Assembly (NCBI GenBank): GCA_964461835.1
Contig: CAYWVO010000010.1
Span: 2,775-66,774, forward strand
From: an uncultured Ignavibacteria bacterium
GTDB lineage: Bacteria; Zixibacteria; MSB-5A5; WJJR01; JAJRUJ01
Direction of reading: 5' to 3'
DNA length: 64,000 nt
Position 1 is the first letter of the stretch, and every line of letters begins with the position of its first letter. This document shows positions 57,813 to 64,000 of the stretch, in pieces. The translations under genes and the position numbers were made by a program. The notes beneath the pieces are model-generated. The model was not told the origin of the DNA and ran no database searches. It worked only from the letters and a program-made list of their open reading frames with translations.

Positions 57813-58646
57813 TTACGGGCGATGAAAGCAGCGGGATGGATCCTCCATGGTTTGAGCAAGTTCTTCGATGGCGGCAAGATCGATCGGATCGATCACACAA
57901 TCCTGTGGTGATTCGCCCAACGTGCGAGTGAAGCTGCTGACGATGCTCGCTTGTACTTCCGTGACAGTCAACGTCTTCGATAGTAGACTCCAGAGATCAA
58001 TCATGTGATTGGCATTTTTGACAGAACTGCCGCGGAATAACGCAGTTGGGACGATCTCGGCCTCCCGCAGATAGATCGTCCCATGTTGCAGCAGCCTATT
58101 CGCTGACACCAGTTGAGCGGCGGCCACCACCTTGCGGCCACCGCTGTCGATCTCATACGCCGTGGTGCTGGAGGCGCACACTCCTCCCCCGGGAACCGGC
58201 CGGGTCCCTCCCGGACGCTTTGTGTCATCACCGCGCTCGGCTCGCACTCCAAGGACAAGCAGACCAGCGGAAATCATCTCAGATATTTTTGTAAACGCGG
58301 CTTTGAACCCCGTCGCGAACTCGGCCCGTCGATGTAAGTCTATGATTACCGAATAGTTAATTTCATTGCGGTGCAATAGCGCGCGACCACCCGTCGGCCG
58401 TCGCACCACATCGATACCGGCCTTCGTGCAAGCGGCGAGGTCGACCGCTCGCTCAAGGGTCTGATGGTACCCCAGCGAGACTGTCGGCGGCAGAAATTGG
58501 TAAAACCGAAGGATGAAAGGAAACCGTTGATCGGCAATGCGGCGATAGAGATACAAATCTGCCGCCATCTGCCAGGCACCGGGTCGTTGCACATAGGACA
58601 GTACGCACCAGGAAGATTCACCTGAGTGTTCACCGGAAGGGGTCAT
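57813..58646 (-). CDS. Lipoate-protein ligase / octanoyltransferase family (BPL_LplA_LipB domain) protein
   Basis: LRFYQFLPPTVSLGYHQ...VVRRPTGGRALLHRNEINYSVI...GGRKVVAAAQLVSANRLLQHGTIYL matches the LplA/LipM-type catalytic-domain pattern. Confidence 0.75.
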   Translation of the reverse strand: MTPSGEHSGESSWCVLSYVQRPGAWQMAADLYLYRRIADQRFPFILRFYQFLPPTVSLGYHQTLERAVDLAACTKAGIDVVRRPTGGRALLHRNEINYSVIIDLHRRAEFATGFKAAFTKISEMISAGLLVLGVRAERGDDTKRPGGTRPVPGGGVCASSTTAYEIDSGGRKVVAAAQLVSANRLLQHGTIYLREAEIVPTALFRGSSVKNANHMIDLWSLLSKTLTVTEVQASIVSSFTRTLGESPQDCVIDPIDLAAIEELAQTMEDPSRCFHRP

Positions 58647-58672
58647 TTCTCTTCACCGTCTGTCAATTCCCG

Positions 58673-58701
58673 TTGACCTGCGCAGGTCTCCCCGGTACCA
58701 T
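58673..58701 (+). promoter_or_regulatory. Putative sigma70-type promoter of the ThyX-like gene
   Basis: TTGACC (58673..58678), 17-nt spacer, TACCAT (58696..58701), 33 nt upstream of the ATG at 58734. Confidence 0.3.
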
Positions 58702-58733
58702 CCCTACGTGGTAGATAACGCGTAGAGTAGAAT

Positions 58734-60131
58734 ATGCAACGACGGATATACCTCATCGATGATTTGCCGCCGGAAACGGTAGCGGTGACCTTTGCCAAGA
58801 CATCCCGCAGCCCGGAACCCTTTCACGTTATCGCCGAAGGACTTACCGACAAAAAATCGGCTAAGTTTCATGAAAAATGGGTCGTAGGATACGGCCACTC
58901 GTCTGTTGCTGAACACGCGGTACTCCATATTGCCTTTGAAGACATCTCGATTATCGCAGCCAAAGCAATTGAAGATAACCGGCTCTCGTCCTTTACCGAA
59001 AAGTCAACCCGCTATCAAATCTACGATCCCGAGCGGTTTCATACGCCGGCCCCAATCCGCGAATCTTCCCTGCACGATATTTATGTCTCAACCATGCAAC
59101 AAATTATGCAACACTACATGGAGGGGATGGATCGCGCGGTCGCCTGGCACCGCGAGAACCTTCCCCGTAAAGAGAATGAAAAGGATCGCGCCTTCGCCAA
59201 CCGGTGTCGCACCGCGTCCTGCGATGTGTTGCGATTTTTCCTACCCGCGGGTACGTTGACCAATCTTGGCTGGACGGCCAACGCCCGCGTACTCGAACAC
59301 GCAATCAGCAAATTGCTTTCCTCGAAGGTGAGCGAGTTACAGGAAATCGGTGAAGAAATAAAGCAGCGTGCCCAAGCAGTCGTGCCAACCCTGGTGAAAT
59401 ACGCAGAACCAAGTGAGTACCGTCTGTCCTGCCGGCTGGACGCCAAAGACCTGCCTCATGCTCTGCCGGAAGAACGTGCGGCCGGGATGGATGCAAAATC
59501 AGAAAACACTATTCGTTTGGTCGAGTATGACCCGGAGGCTGAGGATAAAGTCGTTGCTGCCCTGACGTACGAGTTTAGTTCCGCACCCTATGAACAGATT
59601 CTCGCCTGGGTTCGCGGATTATCCACGAAGCAGAAAGAAAGATTACTGTCAAAAGAATTGGGCACTCCCCGTTCATTTGATGCCGGACCGCGCGCGCTCG
59701 AAACTACGACCTATACATTTGAAATCACGATTGATTACGGCGCTTGGCGCGATATCCAACGTCATCGGTTATGCACTCAGTTGGCGCAATCCTTTACGCC
59801 GGAACTGGGATATGTGGAACCTGAAGCCATACAGCAAATTGAGTTAACCGAGCTCTACCGAAAATCCCGCGGACATTCGGCTGCGTTGTATTCACAATTG
59901 CATGGTGTTTTTCCCGACGAGGCGGCCTATGCATTATTGCTTGGCTTTAGAACTAGGACCTTATTCATCATGAACTTGCGGGAAGCCTATCACTTCTCGC
60001 GTCTCCGTTCTTCCCCTCACGGACATCCATCTTACCGCCATATCGCCATCGCCTTGTGGGAGCAGATCTGTCACACACATCCATTGTTGGCCAAGTACCT
60101 GCCCGGTGTTCATCCCCGTTCTGCCACATAA
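58734..60131 (+). CDS. Long (tandem-domain) ThyX-family FAD-dependent thymidylate-synthase-like protein
   Basis: N-half GYGHSSVAEHAVLHIAFEDISIIAAKAIEDNRLSSFTEKSTRYQ has ThyX-like layout but DNR replaces RHR. C-half TYTFEITIDYGAWRDIQRHRLCTQ plus MNLREAYHFSRLRSSPHGHPSYRHIA carries the ThyX RHR motif and C-terminal helix. Confidence 0.65.
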   Translation: MQRRIYLIDDLPPETVAVTFAKTSRSPEPFHVIAEGLTDKKSAKFHEKWVVGYGHSSVAEHAVLHIAFEDISIIAAKAIEDNRLSSFTEKSTRYQIYDPERFHTPAPIRESSLHDIYVSTMQQIMQHYMEGMDRAVAWHRENLPRKENEKDRAFANRCRTASCDVLRFFLPAGTLTNLGWTANARVLEHAISKLLSSKVSELQEIGEEIKQRAQAVVPTLVKYAEPSEYRLSCRLDAKDLPHALPEERAAGMDAKSENTIRLVEYDPEAEDKVVAALTYEFSSAPYEQILAWVRGLSTKQKERLLSKELGTPRSFDAGPRALETTTYTFEITIDYGAWRDIQRHRLCTQLAQSFTPELGYVEPEAIQQIELTELYRKSRGHSAALYSQLHGVFPDEAAYALLLGFRTRTLFIMNLREAYHFSRLRSSPHGHPSYRHIAIALWEQICHTHPLLAKYLPGVHPRSAT

Positions 60132-60171
60132 GGATGGCTGTCAAAAGTCTGGTTTATTGTCGGAGATTTCC

Positions 60172-60200
60172 TTGCCGCTTATTCCGTTGCCGTATAAAAT
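60172..60200 (+). promoter_or_regulatory. Putative sigma70-type promoter of the oxidoreductase operon
   Basis: TTGCCG (60172..60177), 17-nt spacer, TAAAAT (60195..60200), about 197 nt upstream of the GTG at 60397. Confidence 0.25.
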
Positions 60201-60396
60201 GTAGGTGAAGGGGACAACCCACTCGTTGCATTCATCACGAAAGATATTGATCGTGGTTGATCCCCAGTGGTGTGGTCGAATACGATACAAGATTTGTCAA
60301 ATATGTTGTTTCGAACGGAGTACTCCAAGTGGAGTTAAGCGTTATGGTTAAGTTGGCTTATGTGAGCTGGCAACACTGATTTTCACGGAGGATTTC

Positions 60397-60663
60397 GTGG
60401 CTTTGCCGGAATATGTTAAGGAACTCCCCTGGGTCCATGTCGAATCAGAGCTCTGCAAGGGGTGTGATTTTTGCGTGCAAAGTTGCCCGCCCGACGTCCT
60501 GGGGTTTTCGACAGATATTAATAGACGGGGATATCGGTTCTCGTATTATAAAGGCGATGGCTGCACCGGGTGCGGCATCTGTTTCTACAACTGTCCGGAG
60601 CCGGGAGCAATTGAAGTATATCGCAAACCAAAAGATAAGAAGAAAAAGAAAGTGCTAAAATAA
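60397..60663 (+). CDS. 2-oxoacid:ferredoxin oxidoreductase delta subunit (2x[4Fe-4S] ferredoxin-type)
   Basis: GTG start with a GGAGG SD. Two CxxCxxCxxxCP motifs ([24 protein letters not shown]). Lys-rich tail. Confidence 0.85.
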   Translation: MALPEYVKELPWVHVESELCKGCDFCVQSCPPDVLGFSTDINRRGYRFSYYKGDGCTGCGICFYNCPEPGAIEVYRKPKDKKKKKVLK

Positions 60664-60715
60664 TCACGGTTATCCTTGAGGAAAATGAGATTCTCTTACC
60701 GATAGAGGTGTTGGT

Positions 60716-61771
60716 TTGTCTAAGCAATTAGTGAAGGGAAACGAGGCGATTGTCTACGGCGCCATTTTGGCGGGATGCCGGGCCTACTATGGGTATCCGA
60801 TCACGCCGGCATCGGAGATTGCGGAAACCGCCGCGCTGTTAATGCCGAAAGTTGGCGGCACGTTTCTGCAGGCGGAATCGGAAATCGGCTCGATTAATAT
60901 GGTCTACGGCGCCGCCTCAACCGGACAACGCGTGATGACCGCATCCTCCTCCCCCGGCATCTCCCTGAAGATGGAGGGGATTTCCTACTGCGCGGGCGCG
61001 GAATTACCCTGCCTGGTAATCAACATCAACCGCGGCGGTCCGGGACTGGGGAATATCGGTCCGGAACAATCAGACTACTGGCAAATGACCAAAGGCGGCG
61101 GTCATGGCAGCTACCACATGGTCGTCCTGGCGCCCAATTCTGCCCAGGAGATGTGTGATTTTGCCATGCTGGCATTCGAGTTGGCGGACAAGTACCGCAA
61201 CCCGGCGGCGTTGCTCACTGACGGGTTCATTGGCCAAATGATGGAACCGGTGGAATTCCCCGAACCCCTGGAGAAGTTGCCGGAGAAAGATTGGAAAGTT
61301 GACGCGACTGCTGAAACGACGAACAACCTTGTCTCTTCGATTTTTATCAGCCATGACGGCCTGGAAGAACACATTACCAAGCTAAAGAAAAAATACGACA
61401 GCATCGAAGCGAATGAAGTTCGATATGAGGAATATCGCACAGATGATGCCGACTATCTGGCAGTTGCTTTTGGGATCGTGTCGCGGGTGATGATGTCGGC
61501 CATCGATATGGCGCGGGAAGAGGGGATCAAGATCGGCTTGCTTCGTCCCATCACCCTCTGGCCGTTCCCGTACGAGGCAATCGGCGCCTGGGAAAAGAAG
61601 GCCAAAGCGATCCTGGTCTCGGAATTATCTACCGGCCAGATGATCGATGATGTCCGGCTGGCCGTCTCCTGCAACGTGCCGATTGAGTTTTTCAGTCGGT
61701 ATGGCGGCAATGTACCGACCCCGCACAACTTGCTTGACGAAATTAGAAAACTCCCGGAGGTCCACCCATGA
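60716..61771 (+). CDS. 2-oxoacid:ferredoxin oxidoreductase alpha subunit
   Basis: GNEAIVYGAILAGCRAYYGYPITPASEI...QAESEIGSINMVYGAASTGQRVMTASSSPG is the typical POR/KOR/VOR alpha N-terminal domain. Confidence 0.88.
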   Translation: MSKQLVKGNEAIVYGAILAGCRAYYGYPITPASEIAETAALLMPKVGGTFLQAESEIGSINMVYGAASTGQRVMTASSSPGISLKMEGISYCAGAELPCLVININRGGPGLGNIGPEQSDYWQMTKGGGHGSYHMVVLAPNSAQEMCDFAMLAFELADKYRNPAALLTDGFIGQMMEPVEFPEPLEKLPEKDWKVDATAETTNNLVSSIFISHDGLEEHITKLKKKYDSIEANEVRYEEYRTDDADYLAVAFGIVSRVMMSAIDMAREEGIKIGLLRPITLWPFPYEAIGAWEKKAKAILVSELSTGQMIDDVRLAVSCNVPIEFFSRYGGNVPTPHNLLDEIRKLPEVHP

Positions 61772-63204
61772 AAGATGTCCTGAAGAAACCGGAATCGTTC
61801 TACGATGTATTTGAACGCAAGGGTGGCCCGGATCAGGAATCGACCCACTACTGCCCCGGGTGCGGCCACGGCAATCTGCACAAGCTCATTGCCGAAGCTC
61901 TGGACGACTTGGGCGTTGGTGAACGTACGGTCTTCGTCAGTCCAGTCGGCTGCTCGGTGTTTGGCTATTACTATTTCAAAACCGGCAATATCCAGTCAGC
62001 ACACGGTCGCGCGCCGGCGGTGGCGACCGGCGTGAAGCGTGCCCTGCCGCACTCGATTGTCATCTCGTATCAGGGAGACGGTGACCTCGGGGCAATCGGT
62101 GGCAACGAAATCCTGCAGGCCGCCAACCGCGGTGAGTCCATCACCGTCTTCTTCATTAATAATGCAATTTATGGTATGACGGGCGGCCAGATGGCTCCCA
62201 CTACGCTTTTAGAACAAAAGACCACAACTACACCCTACGGCCGACGGGAAGAAAACGAAGGGTACCCAATGCTGGTATCCGAATTACTCTCCGCGTTGAA
62301 AGCTCCTGTCTATATTGAACGTGTCACCCTGCAAGACACCAAGACCATTATGAAGGCCCGTCGCGCGGTCCGCAAGGCGTTACAAAACCAGATTGACAAC
62401 CGCGGTTTCAGCCTGGTGGAGGTCCTTTCACCGTGCCCCACCGGCTGGAAAATGGAACCGGTCGAATCGCGTGAATGGATTGCCGACCAAATGGTAAAAG
62501 TTTTCCCACCGGGTGTCTACAAGGACGAAAAAGACCGTCCCGCTCGCCCGATTAAGCCACATCCAGAGTTAATTCCGGTTGAGGTCAAGGACGCCCTGGG
62601 GATCGTCGAAGAAGAGGAGAGCATCGAGCAGGAATCGCTGGAGCGGTTTGGCACCCATCAGATGATTGCCGCCGGCTTTGGTGGTCAGGGTGTGTTGTTG
62701 TTGGGGCAATTAGTGGCCAAGTCGGGTATGTTGGAAGGCAAAGAAGTTTCCTGGCTTCCTTCCTATGGCCCGGAAATGCGTGGCGGCACAGCCAACTGCC
62801 ACGTGGTCGTCTCCGGCCAGCGGATCGGCGCACCGTATGTAGCCAAACCCACGCTGCTGGTGGCGATGAATCAGCCATCACTGGAAAAATTCTCCCCCAT
62901 CGTTGATCCGGATGGATTAATTATTTACGACAGCTCGTTCGTTAAGGATGTCAGCTTGCCTGAGGGTATTCGCGCGGTGCCGGTACCGTTTTCGGCAATC
63001 GCCAATGAGCAGATGGGCAATGCCAAAGTAGCCAATATTGTTGCCGCCGGCGCCATTATTGCGCTTACCGGGATTATCAACGCCGACACCCTGCGCACCT
63101 TGATCCGCAACCTCCCGCGCAAGCACCTGATTGAACCGAACCTCAAGGCGCTTGATGCCGGATTGGAAAGTGTCGGGAAATATGTTGACACGGCGGCTGT
63201 ATAA
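61768..63204 (+). CDS. 2-oxoacid:ferredoxin oxidoreductase beta subunit fused to gamma subunit
   Basis: Start overlaps the alpha stop (ATGA). Beta part: HYCPGCGHG...GDGD...NNAIYGMTGGQ (TPP binding). From about residue 300: MIAAGFGGQGVLLLGQLVAKSGMLEGKEVSWLPSYGPEMRGGTANCHVVVS...PTLLVAMNQPSLEKF, which is the gamma-subunit pattern. Confidence 0.85.
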   Translation: MKDVLKKPESFYDVFERKGGPDQESTHYCPGCGHGNLHKLIAEALDDLGVGERTVFVSPVGCSVFGYYYFKTGNIQSAHGRAPAVATGVKRALPHSIVISYQGDGDLGAIGGNEILQAANRGESITVFFINNAIYGMTGGQMAPTTLLEQKTTTTPYGRREENEGYPMLVSELLSALKAPVYIERVTLQDTKTIMKARRAVRKALQNQIDNRGFSLVEVLSPCPTGWKMEPVESREWIADQMVKVFPPGVYKDEKDRPARPIKPHPELIPVEVKDALGIVEEEESIEQESLERFGTHQMIAAGFGGQGVLLLGQLVAKSGMLEGKEVSWLPSYGPEMRGGTANCHVVVSGQRIGAPYVAKPTLLVAMNQPSLEKFSPIVDPDGLIIYDSSFVKDVSLPEGIRAVPVPFSAIANEQMGNAKVANIVAAGAIIALTGIINADTLRTLIRNLPRKHLIEPNLKALDAGLESVGKYVDTAAV

Positions 63205-63293
63205 GCCCATAACTGGCAATCGAGAATAGAACGGAAAATCAATCATCCCGTTCGATCGGCTAATCTTGTTTCGGGGTGGTGCCGGCCACGTCT

Positions 63294-64000
63294 ATGGATA
63301 TCAGTATTTTCAACGAACGCTACCCGGATGAACGCCGCGTTGGGCTGACCCCAGTAGCGGTTCACCGGCTGGTCGAAGCCGGACATTTCGTGTACGTTGA
63401 AGTCGACGCCGGCTTGCGGTCCGGATTTCCCAACGAAGAGTACATTGAAGCGGGCGGCATGGTCGTCTACGATCGTGAAGAGGCATTCAGTCGTTGTGAG
63501 CTGGCGGTCGGGGTTTCCCCACTAAATCTGGATGATTTGCAGTATGTTTCTCCCGGTCAAATCATCATGTCGTTCACTTACCAGGCGGCGACCCGGGAGG
63601 CGGTCGTCTTTGAACTGTGTGAGAAGGAAACAACGGTCATTGGGTATGAGGCCATTGAGACTGAATCCGGTCGGCGGCCAATCCTGGAGCCCATGTCCGA
63701 AATCGCCGGCACGATGGCGCTGACCCTCGCGGCGCGGCTACTGGAGTCCAACAGTGGCGGCCGAGGTGTGCTGTTAAGCGGCATGCCGGGGATTCCGTCA
63801 GCCAACGTGGTTATCCTGGGAGCGGGTAACGTGGGCTTCATGGCAGCGCGAGCCGCCTTGGGTTCCGGCGCGCAGGTGATGGTGTTTGACGCCAATCCCG
63901 ATCGATTGCGCTACCTGCGGCGGACACTCAGCCAGAACATTGTGACCAGCCTCCCCTATAAACGTTCCCTCGAACAGGCGGTCAAATTCGCGGATGTGCT
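63294..64000 (+). CDS. ald: Alanine dehydrogenase / PNT-alpha family protein (N-terminal 235 codons; continues past the right edge)
   Basis: Not in the ORF track because it has no in-window stop. The frame from ATG 63294 reads open to 64000: MDISIFNERYPDERRVGLTPVAVHRLVEAGHFVYVEVDAGLRSGF...PMSEIAGTMAL...VVILGAGNVGFMAARAALGSGAQVMVFD (Rossmann GxGxxG). GTG at 63276/63279 are alternative starts. Confidence 0.75.
   Translation, partial: MDISIFNERYPDERRVGLTPVAVHRLVEAGHFVYVEVDAGLRSGFPNEEYIEAGGMVVYDREEAFSRCELAVGVSPLNLDDLQYVSPGQIIMSFTYQAATREAVVFELCEKETTVIGYEAIETESGRRPILEPMSEIAGTMALTLAARLLESNSGGRGVLLSGMPGIPSANVVILGAGNVGFMAARAALGSGAQVMVFDANPDRLRYLRRTLSQNIVTSLPYKRSLEQAVKFADV

Noticed and set aside
1-64000. 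Mobile elements, prophage, defence islands, tRNA/rRNA genes
   Set aside because: I found no integrase, transposase, recombinase, phage structural, restriction-modification, toxin-antitoxin or Cas-like motifs in any translated ORF. The intergenic regions are too short or lack the cloverleaf-type pairing needed for tRNA or rRNA genes.

Overview
64-kb window from a moderately GC-rich bacterium. It combines FCB-superphylum-like envelope traits with TTGACA-type promoters and GGAGG ribosome-binding sites. The envelope traits are T9SS-type C-terminal sorting domains (NYPNPFNP...VYDVLGRRV...KMVLLK), PorV-like barrels and a GldG-type ABC system. I support about 48 protein-coding genes, 4 intrinsic terminators, several low-confidence promoters and one perfect 892-bp direct repeat. 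I saw no rRNA, tRNA, CRISPR array, transposase, integrase or phage genes. Two real genes run off the window edges and so are missing from the ORF track: a 1020-codon beta-helix/PKD protein (complement 1..3061) and an alanine-dehydrogenase-family gene (63294..>64000). Layout, left to right: (1) secreted beta-helix/PKD protein plus a cohesin-like lipoprotein; (2) a plus-strand four-gene module of Ser/Thr kinase, TPR/CsgG-like lipoprotein, OM barrel and secreted protein; (3) acpS and a GldA/F/G-like ABC system with a DUF4340-like gene, then an OmpA-family lipoprotein; (4) a long minus-strand housekeeping run (rplM-rpsI, rpsB-tsf-pyrH, frr-uppS-cdsA, UbiA-like, NlpC/P60, uvrC, mpg, M50 protease) interrupted by dockerin-bearing accessory genes; (5) a T9SS cargo island (M6 metalloprotease, S8 subtilase, unknown protein) and a GT39-TPR glycosyltransferase; (6) the most unusual locus, 41887..57354, a seven-gene minus-strand outer-membrane module. 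It holds an Oar/SusC-like TonB-dependent barrel with a DxNxNG repeat insertion, three diverged ~870-aa paralogs with a variant sorting domain, two PorV-like genes identical over 892 bp, and a large lipoprotein. (7) Lipoate-ligase-family gene, tandem-fused ThyX-like gene, a delta-alpha-(beta-gamma) 2-oxoacid:ferredoxin oxidoreductase operon and ald. All homology calls rest on motifs I recognise by eye in the translations. No database search, GC or identity statistic was computed.
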